A program made the translations under genes and the position numbers. DNA of 64,000 nucleotides from Chrysomallon squamiferum (lineage: Eukaryota; Animalia; Mollusca), in NCBI GenBank assembly GCA_012295275.1, contig CM022677.1:1674001-1738000 (forward strand), in the 5' to 3' direction. Positions 11,723 through 25,386 of the stretch are shown in pieces (position 1 is the stretch's first letter; each line of letters begins with the position of its first letter). The notes under the pieces were generated by a model. The model worked only from the letters and a program-made list of their open reading frames with translations, searched no databases and was not told the origin of the DNA.

Positions 11723-12189
11723 CTGTCAATTAAAAATGTACAGACATGATTGTTTCATAACAACTTAGAAAACTAACATTTAATTACTTAATTTATGTAA
11801 TAATGCTACAACTTCCTAGTTTAACTAGTATTTTTAATAAAGTTTGCAAGCTTATCAAACATGTGTTTACTTCATTCCTAGCACAGACAGCTGTTTAAAT
11901 AGGAAGCTTCTTCTAATGTAGACACAATTTTTTTTTTTTGGAACACTGTACAGAACACACATTTCACAGTATCTTAATTTTACAACTGTTTCAACAAAAT
12001 ACTGTCATTCTGTTACCTTAAACAAAAACATATTAAACATTTTCAAATATGTTAATATCAAAGTGTGTAATTTAAATCATATATTTTAAGATATCACCAA
12101 TATAATGTGAACAATACTTTATACAGGCATAACTGACAGAAACGATTTCATAACTGTCAAAACTATTTTATAACACTTGTTTAAATATA

Positions 12190-13585
12190 TATATATTATT
12201 TTATAAAACAAGTTTAAGTATACCTATTTGATAAAACAAGTTTAAATATACCTATTTTATAAAACAAGTTTAAATATACTATTTTAAATACACATACCCT
12301 TTTATAAAACAATTTTTAATATACATACTATTTTACAACACAAGTTTAAATACACATACTATTTTATAATACAAGTTTAAATACACATACTGTTTTATAA
12401 AACAAGTTTAAATACACATACTATTTTATAATACAAGTATAAATACACCTACTATTTTATAATACAAGTTTAAATACACATACTATTTTATAATACAAGT
12501 TTAAATACACATACTATTTTATAATACAAGTTTAAATACACATACTATTTTATAATACAAGTTTAAATACACATACTATTTTTGATATAAATACACCTAC
12601 TATTTTTTACAAATAAATACACATACTGTTTTATAATACAAGTTTTAATACACATACTATTTTAAATACAAGTTTAAATACACATACTATTTTATAATAC
12701 AAGTATAAATACACCTACTATTTTATAATACAAGTTTAAATACACATACTATTTTATAATACAAGTATAAATACACCTACTGTTTTATAATACAAGTTTA
12801 AATACACATACTATTTTATAATACAAGTTTAAATACACATACTATTTTATAATACAAGTATAAATACACCTACTGTTTTATAATACATGTTTAAATACAC
12901 ATACTATTTTATAATACAAGTTTAAATACACATACTATTTTATAATACAAGTTTAAATACACCTACTATTTTATAATACAAGTATAAATACACATACTAT
13001 TTTATAATACAAGTTTAAATACACATACTATTTTATAATACAAGTATAAATACACATGTTTTTAAATACAAGTTTAAATACACATACTATTTTTTACAAG
13101 TATAAATACACCTGTTTTATAATACAAGTTTAAATACACATACTATTTTATAATACAAGTTTAAATACAAATACTATTTTTTAGTTTAAATACACATACT
13201 GTTTTATAATACAAGTTTAAATACACATACTGTTTTATAATACAAGTTTAAATACACATACTATTTTATAATACAAGTATAAATACACCTACTATTTTAT
13301 AATACAAGTTTAAATACACATACTATTTTATAATACAAGTTTAAATACACATACTATTTTATAATACAAGTTTAAATACACATACTATTTTATAATACAA
13401 GTTTAAATACACATACTATTTTATAATACAAGTTTAAATACACATAATTTTTAATACAAGTTTAAATACACATACTATTTTATAACACAAGTATATAGTC
13501 GCTATTTTTTATAAAACATATATTTTTAACACAAGTATAAATACACATACTATTTTATAACAAAGTTTAAATACATACTATTTTA
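12190..13585. repeat. 31-bp AT-rich minisatellite in a DDX49 intron, ~45 copies
   Basis: Unit TACTATTTTATAATACAAGTTTAAATACACA. Confidence 0.95.
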
Positions 13586-13896
13586 TAATTTAGTCTAGTT
13601 ATCATGAATATTAAAAAAAATCTAAATACTTGTTTTCATCAGTTTTAAATTAAAGTTTGGTGTCTGGGAAAAAAAACATTTTCAAATGTTAACATGCAAA
13701 CTTTTTTCCTCTCAGAGTCGATTTTAAAATATAATTTAACTTAAAACAATAAATTAATTAATTGAATTTAGTCTATGTATCATGAATATTAAGAAAAAAC
13801 TAAATATGGTCTCAATGGATGGTGTGCTAATTAGTGTTTATGATTTCTCTCAGTGAGAAAGGTAAAAAGACGTTTGTAAACTGAGTAAAGACTCAC

Positions 13897-13971
13897 TGAT
13901 GAAAGTTTCAATAACATGAACCAGTTTGATGTCAAACTGAGTCACCAACGTGATAGCCATTCCTCTCCTAC
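13897..13971 (-). CDS. DDX49: DDX49 exon
   Basis: GRRGMAITLVTQFDIKLVHVIETFI; 75 nt; gtgagt donor. Confidence 0.9.
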
Positions 13972-14289
13972 CTGATCAGAAAGTAGTTTAATTTTAAACA
14001 TTTAAATTAGTGATAATCAATTAACATATAACAATAATAAGATAATCAAAATAACAAAAGATATCATTACAAACATTTTCTAGGCATTACGTTATAAGAA
14101 AATACCTCCACCCTTGCATCCATATCTGTCTATCTTTCTGTCTATACAGAAACACCCACAATTATACCTAAAATTATTATATGAAATGAAAAAAACCACA
14201 AAAGAATTCAGATATTTCATTCAGATTAGGAAAAGTTTATTATTCATGTTAATTAAAAACACATTATTAAAAATGAGTAAAAAATTCAC

Positions 14290-14387
14290 CTGCTCTTGCT
14301 GTTCTCCCTACTCTGTGTACGTAGTCTTTCTGTCTGTTTGGTACATTGTGATTGATAATGTAGTCTACTGTTGGAATATCAAAACCT
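14290..14387 (-). CDS. DDX49: DDX49 exon (motif VI)
   Basis: [33 protein letters not shown]; 98 nt. Confidence 0.93.
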
Positions 14388-15186
14388 CTGTCAAAACATA
14401 TATTAATATATTAAAAAGAAAAACAACTCAGTAATGTATAATGAAAACAATAAAGCAATACTGGTATATAATTTAAAAAACCCCAGATAAAACCAATAAA
14501 CAAACAAATACTTTTCAGAAGAAAAAAAAACCTGTAAGATTAATGTTAGAGCACAATCCTGCAATAACTGAGAGATTTTTTTTTTTTTACTAATTATATC
14601 TGATTATATGTCTAACTCATGTTTAAAAAGAAGTAAAAATATAAATAACAAGACAGGTAAAGAGAGTTATTTTAGAAATTATTAAAAAAAGATTCAGTAT
14701 TTTGGACTGATCCAAGGTTCTTGTCGTAGAGGTATATTTACAATAAATAACAAACTGAAACAGCATGTTAACTTACAACAAACACTAACATACATAATTA
14801 AATTTCAACATCTGAAATCTAAAGAGATAATACTACAAGAAAAATACACTCATACATATTTTATAAATTAAGTAGATAAGAAAATCAGCAAAAATCAAAT
14901 GAATTTCACACACACACACACAATCTTTAGTTCACTTCTTCATTCAAATACAGATGTGATCTATTTCAGTTTAAACCTGTATCAGATCAAACATTTCATA
15001 CCATGAATGACACATTTTTCTAATTCTGTAAAAATTCATTTAAACTAGATTATGATTTGTTTGTTCTTGTTGTTAAATTTCCCACATTGAATGTAGCATG
15101 TTTTTTAACTACTTTTGTTTTTTGACAGACAATTTGTTAAATTAAATCAGTTTTGTAATCTCATTCTAAAAATGTAGAGGATTCCA

Positions 15187-15495
15187 CAGAGGATTCCTGT
15201 AAACCAATTTTCTGTTTAAGATTTGTAAAACTAAACACAACTTTACCTGCTAGCTACATCAGTGCAGAGGATTCCTATCAACACATTTCTGTTTAAGATT
15301 TGTAAAACTAAACACAGCTTTACCTGCTAGCTACATCAGTGCAGAGGATTCCTATCAACACATTTCTGTTTAAGATTTGTAAAACTAAACACAGTTTTAC
15401 CTGCTAGCTACATCAGTGCAGAGGATTCCTATCAACACATTTCTGTTTAAGATTTGTAAAACTAAACACAGCTTTACCTGCTAGCTACATCAGTG
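15187..15495. repeat. 77-bp tandem repeat x4 containing the DDX49 exon donor site
   Basis: TTTACCTGCTAGCTACATCAGTG recurs every 77 nt; donor GT at 15477, 15400, 15323 and 15246. Confidence 0.95.
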
Positions 15496-15630
15496 GCGAT
15501 GAGGATCTGGATTTGATTTGACTTGAACTTGGCCAGTGCTGCCAGTCGCTGTTTCTGTGGAATCATTGAATGCAGAACAACAGTGGGAAAACCAAGTTCA
15601 TGACAGATCATTCCAATTATCTGTGTGTAC
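15478..15630 (-). CDS. DDX49: DDX49 exon (motif V), both ends tandemly duplicated
   Basis: YTQIIGMICHELGFPTVVLHSMIPQKQRLAALAKFKSNQIQILIATDVASR; 153 nt. Confidence 0.92.
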
Positions 15631-15906
15631 CTGAAACACACAAACAGCAGTGATGTAACAACAGTGGGAAAACCAAGTTCATGACAGATCATTCCAATTA
15701 TCTGTGTGTACCTGAAACACACAAACAGCACTGATGTAACAACAGTGGGAAAACCAAGTTCATGACAGATCATTCCAATTATCTGTGTGTACCTGAAACA
15801 CACAAACAGCACTGATGTAACAACAGTGGGAAAACCAAGTTCATGACAGATCATTCCAATTATCTGTGTGTACCTGAAACACACAAACAGCACTGATGTA
15901 ACAACA
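15576..15906. repeat. 81-bp tandem repeat x4 containing the DDX49 exon acceptor site
   Basis: GTACCTGAAACACACAAACAG recurs every 81 nt; acceptor AG at 15632, 15713, 15794 and 15875. Confidence 0.95.
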
Positions 15907-16430
15907 ACAACAAAACAATAATAATAGTGGATCAGAAAAAAGCTCAGTGTTTTTAAGTTAAATTTGAAGATATTTTTTGGTATTTGTAGATAAGAGTTGT
16001 TTAGTTTTCAGAAAATGTATGTAATTCAGATGTGTGAATCACCATCTCAAACCTGACAACCCAGTAATAAACAACAAAAATCTGTAGAGTAATCAAAACA
16101 AGCAGCCAAACTAACTGGAAACTGGAACAATTTAGAAACTGTAGAATAAAGGCAGAATAACATTAAATTACTTGAAGGAATCTTGACATTCATCTCATAG
16201 TTTTTCAACTGAGGTATGCATTTATTATTAAAATTAAAAAACAACATTAATATATCAATTTATTGTGAAAAGAAAATAACTGGATTTTTAGACATTTCTC
16301 TGTTTTTGCTGAGAATGGAAGATTAGAGCATAATGCAATAAATAGCATTATTAATTAGGATATCTGCATATAAAATCAAATTTAAGTGTGTGATTTATCG
16401 GAAGATTAGATCATGACAAAATTCTTGTAC

Positions 16431-16570
16431 TTACAAGTGCTGGTGAAAATATTGATAGACCCTTCTCGTTTTCTGTTGTACATTTCTGAAGAATGTGGAT
16501 CAAGTAGGCATCTTTCAAATCAGCTGGCATGAGAACATAGGTCTGCACCAACTCATCAACAGTAGCAACC
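16431..16570 (-). CDS. DDX49: DDX49 exon with 1-nt frameshift
   Basis: VATVDELVQTYVLMPADLKDAYLIHILQKCTTENEK, then SINIFTSTCK in a different frame. 140 nt, one short of phase compatibility. Confidence 0.85.
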
Positions 16571-17041
16571 CTGGAAATAACAATTTTAACAACAAAACAT
16601 TTTAATAGACATAAAAAATAATTTGGCCTATTAATTACCAAAATTTTCTTTCTTACATACTATTAGTGTGAGAAATATGAAGTTTGCCAGTACAAATTTT
16701 GCTTCACAGACCAATTAGAAAGGGTTCCAGCCAGAAGAGTTGTAATTGCATTTTGCCAAACTGAGTAAAACACAAACTGACCGTGGGTTTTGAAATTTAA
16801 CATTTCTAACTTGTTAAACAACTCATGTCATAAGAATATTTCCAGACTGTTTATTCTTTTTTTAAAAAAAACAAATTTCTTTTTGTGCAATGGCAGTCAT
16901 AAAGTGTATAAATGTTTGTGGAAATATTTTAAAACAAATTACTTTTTTATGCTCATTCTTTCTGTTGGAAAAAATATACCTATTACTCAAAGTTTGAATT
17001 TCTATTTTATCTGATAAGTGATTTTTTAAAATAATATTTAC

Positions 17042-17220
17042 TTGGAAGACTGCTGCCAGAAGAAAGGTTTATTTGTAGAAACTTCTTGTAGCTGCTGGAT
17101 GGTTTCTGTCATTGTGGCACTGAATAACAAAGTCTGACGTTTTGTTGGGATCACTTTAAAAATTTCTTCCAGTTGAGAACCAAAATTGTCTTCCAACAAA
17201 CGATCAGCTTCATCCAAAAC
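17042..17220 (-). CDS. DDX49: DDX49 exon (DEAD and SAT motifs)
   Basis: VLDEADRLLEDNFGSQLEEIFKVIPTKRQTLLFSATMTETIQQLQEVSTNKPFFWQQSS; 179 nt. Confidence 0.94.
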
Positions 17221-17653
17221 CTGAATTAAAATTTGTAATTTTTGACAAATCTGGACTGAAAACTAAATTAGATTTTAAAAGCACACTGTACTGTAATGTA
17301 CATGAGCTGATATATGTGTGTTTGTTTACTTATCCGCAACATTCACAGATAATTACATAACCTGTTATTATACACACAAATTATATCCATTATATCAGTT
17401 TGAACTAAATGATATTTCTGATGTTAAACAATACCACAAAAAATATATAATCACTAAGAAACATAAAAATAAAACATTGAAAATTATGTTTAAATTTTTT
17501 AGTTTTTCTAGTTATGTATCTACAGGTACTAAAACAAACAAATTTCCTAACTGAAGGGAACAACAACAACATACAAAACTAAAAAGTACTAAAGAAAAAG
17601 AAAAAGATAAATAATAAGAAACATTTTCTTTTTTAAACTAATTTTTTCCTCAC

Positions 17654-17775
17654 TAGAAATATGATTCTTTTCAGACTGAAAGTGTTGCAGCTGCCGATGT
17701 GGTCAGCCAGTCTGCCAGGTGTTGAGATGACGATGTGTGGCTTCACTGACAGGTCAATGCCTTGCTTCATCATGT
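17654..17775 (-). CDS. DDX49: DDX49 exon (TPGR motif)
   Basis: MMKQGIDLSVKPHIVISTPGRLADHIGSCNTFSLKRIIFL; 122 nt. Confidence 0.92.
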
Positions 17776-18345
17776 CTAAAACCACATCAAACACTCTCTG
17801 AATTTTACATTCTGTCAAAACCTTTTCATTAATTCTATTTTCATAAAACACAAAAACAACTACATTGTCCCATTAGGAAAAAAACAATATGCAGTTTCCA
17901 GTATATCTGTAGCAATGTATATATTGTGGTCTTTGATAATTACAGGAGCACAGGCCAGAACTAGAAATTCCAAATTTGTTTTTTTGTTTTGAAACTTTCA
18001 TAGCAGTGAATAATATATATCTCCATTAACTAATTGATCAAATGTTTCTTTAAAAATTGACTAACTGATTAGAAGGCATAGGTAAACTGTATTTTAAAAA
18101 ATATAACATGTTTATGCTTCTATTTTTATAAATACTATTTTTATAAATTTTTATTTTACAAATTAAATTTTGTATGATAATACAAATTAGCATAACTGAG
18201 CAAGGAAGACCGAATATTTTAAATATAAATATGTGGCAATATACAGAATCTAACACAAGTTTCTTCTGAGATGATTTAATAATTTTGTGACTGTATCTGG
18301 AAGTATATTTGTGTGTAAGTTTTAACTGAAAACTCTGACACTCAC

Positions 18346-18431
18346 AGAGACCACCAGTGATAACTGTAACTCTTACACCAATCGGCTTTCCCAGAACACT
18401 GAACTGTTCAGCAATCTGGAACGCAAGCTCC
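18346..18431 (-). CDS. DDX49: DDX49 exon
   Basis: ELAFQIAEQFSVLGKPIGVRVTVITGGL; ag/gtgag boundaries; 86 nt; phase-compatible with neighbours. Confidence 0.92.
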
Positions 18432-18865
18432 CTGAATACAGTTAAATGTTATAATAACTACAATAACAGTAATAGTACTAGTTTAATAATAATTTTAATT
18501 ATTTCACTAAACACAATCAAAATAAATGAAATATCAACATTCTGCATAAATGAACATTAGAAAGCAAATAAGAATCTACTGTCATCTTCGCAAGTACAAA
18601 AAAGTGAGAAAATATTTAAATTATTAATGAATATATAGACCTATATATTGAAAAGCAAAAGGGTTTCATTAATAAAAAATTAGAGTTCAAATGACTGAAT
18701 TACATGTCATTATTTTCATGCAAATTTGCAACAGAAAATTATAAATGTGTGGATTTATTTACTGGAATAATTTTTTTGAACTGATATGAATAACATTTAT
18801 CTGACAACAAAATATCTCAGCTAAAATAAAAATGTATGTAATTTATTAAAATAGAAAATTCACAC

Positions 18866-18989
18866 CTGGTTGGTGTCAGAACAAGAGCGAAAATTCCGTA
18901 CGGATCCTCTGCAAGTTTCTGTAACATGGGCAGAGCAAACGCTGCAGTTTTTCCACTTCCAGTTTTAGTACATCCAATACAGTCATCAC
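18866..18989 (-). CDS. DDX49: DDX49 exon (motif I / Ia)
   Basis: ttcag|GT GAT GAC... [41 protein letters not shown] |gtgtg; 124 nt. Confidence 0.93.
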
Positions 18990-20999
18990 CTGAATAACAG
19001 TGTTTGTTTTATCTTAGTTAAATATCTACACAGCACTGAAATCAGATTTAATATAAAATTTAAATATGAAATTATTTGATTAGTTGTTATGCATTTTAAA
19101 ATACAATATATAAAATACTTATTATTACTGTTAAAATTATATACTTCATTTTAATACAAATATTTTGTTTCAATATTTTCCTTAAGTATATGTGGAAAAA
19201 TAATAATAACAATAATGTTTGTACAAAAATGAAAAATGTTAGTGAAAGTAAATAGTTAATTCAGTTTTAACGTGATTCTGCTTATGTACAAACTAGAATA
19301 CACTCAAGAGAACAGACTGTCATTTTTAAATACTAAAGTTCTTACACAACTATCTCATTTGAATTCTAAAAAGAGTAATAAAAATTCTGACAATGGTAAA
19401 AACAGCTTCAGCTTTGATGTAAAGCTCAAGTTCTGAAGTTTTACACAAAAGTCAAACTGTTCTGTTCATATATAAATGACATTATTATTATTACTATTAT
19501 TATTATTATACACTGAGACAGTATCGTAACAGACATAACTCCATGGCAAAACGGCTGTGGGTTGGAGTTAAATAATTACATATATTATATAAACTAGTAT
19601 TAGTAGGTATGTGGACAAATTTTTCAAAACCCACTAATCTGAAAATAAATAAGACCAAGTGAATATGTAAAAAATTAAGGAAGTAGCAGCAATTTTAACC
19701 CCCTTGATTAAACGCTATATAAGTCATTAGAGGTTTGTGACCAAAAATAGTAATATTTTAACATTTTATCTTTGTTAATAATCAAGCTTTCTTGATGAAA
19801 TATTCAGTGAAGACCAATGCCTATCTCTGCTATCGATTATATTTGTAAAAATTAAAAAGAAGCTATTAATTAAGGTACCAGCAGCCTAACAAACATAAGT
19901 GGAAAAATTGCCGATTTTGTCCATTTCCCGCCCCTCCCAAATCCCTTCTGTTAAATTTAACATGAAAAACAATTGCACTCAAATACAGATTAATAAGCGC
20001 TCTTTTAAATGGTGATGTTGTTTTTGTTATGTGTTAAATCAGTAGTTTGTATGAAAGTGTTAAACGTGGTGAGGGTAAACGAACACCGACTATTTTTAGC
20101 AAGGTCAAAGTTCGATATTTCTAACATTGTACATGTCGTCGCTATTAATACCAATGGCGTGAAAATTTATAACAAAAGTTATGTCCACAAATGTATATTG
20201 CTTGCCTAAAAATAAATTTAAAAACAAACAAACAAACAAATTAAGAAAAAAAGAAAAAAAGAGCAAATAACATATAAAAGAACCTCTGCCATTTAAAATG
20301 ATAGAAGCTATGTTTATATTTTTAGTAACTTTTGGGATGCATAGTTTTCTGCTGTGTTCGGATTTCTAAAGTATATACATTACAATATGAATACGATCAG
20401 AAATAAACTAACTTCGTGTTTTGCTTTAAAAATTCTTGCGATAAATGGCGAATTAAAAATCATAAACATAACAAACTGTACTACAGAACAGTACAATGAA
20501 TGTATTCTGTGAATCTAAGTACCAGAGGTATTCATAGAATATTAAATAAGAAACGTACAACTTTTTTTTTTTTAATCGTAAAACCATAAACTGATAAATC
20601 ATAAAGTGTTCAGTTTTAAAACTTAGGCTATTTTTGCTTCAATTGTTGATTTGCTCCATCAGAGAAAACATCAACGATGGTCACATGATACATTGATAGG
20701 TATCTTTTGTTTGCTGTCAAATCACAGGAAGTACAAACACAAAACCAAGAAAATTATTTTGTCTGCTTCAAATGACAGTTACAATACCTGTGTCTTTAAT
20801 TGTCATGATTACATACACATTGTATTGCTCCTAATAAAGACCGGCAACACCTTTCTGGAGTCGACTCCAAGGATTATACGAGTTTATGTATTGCAGAGGA
20901 TTATAGTTAAACATCAAATGCTAGTAATCGGCAAAACAATATTAATTGGTTTATTTCAGAACGAATACATATTATATTTAGTAAAAGTCACAACATCCA

Positions 21000-21460
21000 A
21001 TAAAACATGCATCCTGCAAGCTATTAAAAATATAATGAACATTGATTATAGAAATATAATCATTTCAAACAGCACCAGTTATTTGTAGTTGCACATGACT
21101 AGGTAGGAAAGAATTTACGGCGACTGTAAATAAAATCAACGTGATTTCGGTCTGTAGAAAACATAAATTAACGGCGATTTCGCTAAGCACGTGCTATAAT
21201 GTACACGCTGAAAATAAGAACATTCAAGAAAAACTTAGAGCAAACAAGTTATTAAAAACAGAAATATAATCATATTAAAAACGTCACGCTTTTCTAGATG
21301 TACATACGGCAATTTCGGTAGGGTAGAACACGTATTATAATGTACTCGCTGAAAATAAGAACATTCGAGAAGGAAAAACATTCAACCAAAAAGTTATTAA
21401 AAATATAAAAAACATAGAAATATAATCATTTTCAACAGCGCCAGACCTTTCTAGCACATT
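21000..21460. repeat. ~135-bp diverged direct repeats (about 3 copies), transposon subterminal region
   Basis: ACGGCGATTTCG...TATAATGTAC.CGCTGAAAATAAGAACATTC...AGAAATATAATCAT recurs. Confidence 0.75.
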
Positions 21461-21581
21461 TTAAAATTTAAACGCAAGCACACACGTATACACAATATTT
21501 TATTAAAAATGATATTTGAAATATTCGACAAATTGACCTTTCTAACTGTACATAAAACCTACTAGAATTCAAAATTAAATA

Positions 21582-24500
21582 TTATATAGTTAGATCATCC
21601 TCGATTAGATCTGCAGCCAGAGCATGGATGTTCATACAGTAGTCTACTGCATCTGCATACGATTCATTTGCTCCCCAGTAGGCTACAACATATTTCTTAC
21701 CTTTGCATGTAATCTTCTCTATCTTTCCATTGTATATTGCTCTTTCTCCATCATCAGTCCACGTATGGCAAATCATGCTACCCACTGAATTCCCTGATAA
21801 AAGTTCACTTACCTTTTCCAATTTATACTCTGAGAGATCCGAGAATTCAACAGAGAGTCTGTCGATGTCTACACTTTTCAATCTTCTCTCCAATCTGTTC
21901 CTCTCTGTGGTCTCCTTTGCCTGCAGCTTCTGTACTTGTCTCCTGTTTTGTTCTTTCCTCAGATTCTTCTTGGTACGCCTGTCCTGTCTGTGTTGTTGGC
22001 CCATGTGGATCGCCGTTTTAATAATACGATCTCTTGTCTCCGTGTCTAGGGCATCAAGATAATCCACTGTCCTGTTTTTGATGGCCCTCATTTTACATGA
22101 GATGTAGCAGAGAGTAGCATTTGGGGATTTCTTCTGTAAGGAACTAAACATCCCCATGATCTCTTCTGCATCAATGTTGTGACATCTGGCCGACCTTGTC
22201 TCATCCCTCAGTCTCTCAGTGAAAGTATCTGTTGTACTGCCGCTCAGGGACGACAACTGTTGCATACAAACAACTCTTCACCATGTTCGCAAACAGGGAG
22301 ATGTCTTTAGGTGCTGCTTGGAGCATCTCCAGAGTTGGTTCTTGCAAAAGAGTATGTCCAAAAAAATCTATCTTGCATGACAGAGTGTCTTCAGGGGACT
22401 GTGCATGACTTTCAGTTTGGCAATAACTTGCTTGACAAGCTCAATGCACTGAATGTGGTTTACTTGTTCTGGGGCAACTGCTGATTGGTAGAACTTGGTC
22501 ATCCAAGGTCCACTGAGCAGTTTCCCAATAAGTCCCAGCACCTGCATTTCCACTTGTGCAGGAACAGACACAAAGTCTGCTAGGATGCTATGCCGTAAAC
22601 CACCACAAGATACACCCTTCTGCAGAAAACTCGTGAATAAACTATGGAAGCGAGTGAAAACGCCACATATATGAAAAAGGATATGTAGGCGGTTACCTCT
22701 GTATCTGGGTAAGATCCCACGTGCCAAGTTTTCGTGGTCCAGAAAAATGATGAAACCACGAGGATCACCCTTGCTATCCATAAACCTCATTTTGTTCCTC
22801 ATTGACTATGTTTCCAGCCAAACAGTCTGTCCCTTTAAGTTTCTTTTCTATTCTGATTTCTGCTTCACATACCTTTAGAGCAGCACGAGTTTTTTGTTGC
22901 AATTGAGTCCAATGGATGCAAATGGCAATTTAATTCGTTGAGTGTTTTGCTCCACGTTTCATTCAGAAGCTGAATTGCAGCATGATTTGCAGGGCATCTA
23001 TCAGTAAGGGTATTGCAAATATTAGAAATTATTTTTGTTCTTGCAGTTTGATAATCATCCTCATGAAATTTTGAGTATGTTCTAGTAAGTTCTTAATGGA
23101 GTCAGATATGTGCTCATGGTAATCATCAGCAGTCCCACCAGCCAGTTCATCAACTGCAGCAACATAACAGTTCTCTGTGTGGCAATGTGGACACTTTCAC
23201 ATGTGTGCCTCCTGTGTTGTGGCATCAAACCCAAGTGTGCAGCTTTTATTCTCAATTACAGCTTCAGCTGCCTGTAATTCCGTTATTACTCCAAATTCCC
23301 TTGTCATTGCCTCAGTAGTGGTTCTGTGTGGGATGTCCTTCAGTGGAACACCACACCGCCAAAAAAAATTCTGAAGAAGAACAGGGATATTGCTGGTTGG
23401 CACCTGATTAACAATGGCATCAAATACCATCATTGTTAGGTCTGCAGAATAGACCTTTCCATTATACTTTGTCAATTTTAGTTTACTAACTGACTCATGA
23501 AGCTTTTCTTCAAGCAGGATTTTATCTCTCTGGAGATCAATTATCTCCTTTTGTTTTATTTCAAGTTTTATTTTAAGTTCAGAAATTTCGTTTTTGGCAG
23601 AGAGCAGAGTTTCCGATTCAGTTTTTATTTTATTTTTCGCTGTGGTACTTTTTCATTTGTTCGTGGCTTTTTTTAAAGTTCGACAGAGCAGATTTTGTCT
23701 CATGCATGATCACCTTTGAAACGGTACTTTGTTCTTGAAATTTTGCTATCTGTTCCTCTTTCCGTCTGATTGTTTGGTTTAAGAATTTTACATATCCCTT
23801 TTTCTTTTGCCGTGCTCTCACATCTCAGATGTGTGTAGACCTTTCAAGCTGTAGCTGTTTTAGTCTCATATTTGTTAAGGAGTTATTTAATAACTTGCAT
23901 GACTGGCACTTTTTGTTTGTCTGCTTTTCATGGGTGGTTTTGTCAATATTTGAATAGCAGATTCCTCTGAATCTTCTCCCCAGTATGAACTGCTATCCAA
24001 TAAATTGTGTGGTTCTGGGGAAGCAGTAACCTATTGTGGGTTGCATCTCGGTCCAGGTTGGGGCTCATTTTGTTTTCCGGGTACATCCTCAAGATTACAG
24101 CTTTCCGCCAATAAAAAATTTTCTGAACATAAACACATAAATTTGGTAAATTGTACAGCATAAGCCAGATTTCAAAACTTATCGAACTGGTACACAACTT
24201 TCTTCACTTCAGCAGAAAGTCTCAACACAGGGTTAGGAGTTAGTGAAAAATGACTACATAATTCACTAACTATTGTTGTTCGACTGTTACCACAGCTAGT
24301 GTAAATATAAAGCACGTGTCCTTTCAAAAACTCATCTGTTGCAGGAACTGTGGAATACTTTTCTTGCAGATGCTGTCTACCTAAGCTAATTAGGCATTGT
24401 TTCTTTTTACATTTGGTAAAAAAAAATAACCCAGTATCTGGATCTTTTAAACGAATTACATGTCTGGCTTCATTGGCAGCTTCTAGCTTTATGATGTGGC

Positions 24501-25386
24501 ATTGTAGTTTGTTATTTTCCATTTCAAGATTTTCCTTCCGTCTTCTTTCTGCTTTTCGAATAGATTGTACGTAGCAGACGGACATGTTGAATGGAAAGTG
24601 CTGCTACCTTGTCTCTTGTTTTCTGTGCGAGACATTTTCATTCCAAGATTCTCATTGTGTCGTTGAGCTAAAACAAGTTGTCTTCCATAACATTCAAGTT
24701 TTAAGTTCACTTCTGGTGTATTTGGGGATGGGAGGTCAGGAACTGGATTTGAGTCAAATGCAGGGACAAATGGTGTCATTCTAAATGAATTAAGAGCTGT
24801 GTCGTCACCAATCTTGCCACTGTTGCTCTGCAATTTTCTTAATTCTTTCATTATTTTCTCCAACATAATTTCGGAATTGGGTTGGGCAATGTCTGTTTTG
24901 ATATGACAGTAAACCAAGAGTGTAAGTGATGAGATGGTAGCTTCTGCTTCCTGCAGAAATGTTCAAGTTCTGTCAGCAAGCTATTGTTGGGAGAAGAATC
25001 CCTGCATTTCAATGATCCTTCTAGCAAAGCTTGCCTTGTCAAGCCAGCTTTAAAACAAAAATCTCCAATACCTTCAGTATCCACCAACTTTTCAAGGAAG
25101 CCTGCAGCTTCAACTGGAGTCTGTATTTTCAGAAATGTTGTTGAGGCACATTCTGTTAAATACTCAGTTGATAGGCTACTGATGGACTAGTGAATTTCCT
25201 GATAACATTTTCAGTCTCTTCCCATGTCTTGTTGCCTTCTTCTTTCAGCAGTTTCACTTGTACCAGAAGTCTGTTCATGATTTCCACCTTTTCTTCTTCC
25301 TTTGCCTGTCTGCAGGAAAGCACTCTTCTAATTTCAATACAAATAAATCAGTGGAATTAATGTCACTGCAGGAATGTTTCACCCAG
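21582..25386 (-). pseudogene. Main exon of the decayed transposase
   Basis: Chain of minus-strand ORF fragments (24851-25087, 24489-24917, 24172-24585, 23630-23821, 23197-23475, 22368-22802, 21582-22265) in shifting frames; acceptor ttgcag| at 25387. Confidence 0.8.

Larger units (their letters stand above)
11028..18989 (-). pseudogene. DDX49: DDX49/Dbp8 DEAD-box RNA helicase, unprocessed, probably pseudogenised copy (10 exons found)
   Basis: GT-AG exons encode [65 protein letters not shown] and INKRKRLILEGK, which are DDX49-type. Exon 1 and an ~89-nt internal exon were not found; 1-nt frameshift near 16460. Confidence 0.88.

Noticed and set aside
19675-19890. TTAAGG..AGCAGC motifs as Kolobok-type termini
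   Set aside because: No matching opposite terminus or long direct repeat found in the window; kept only as candidate ends.
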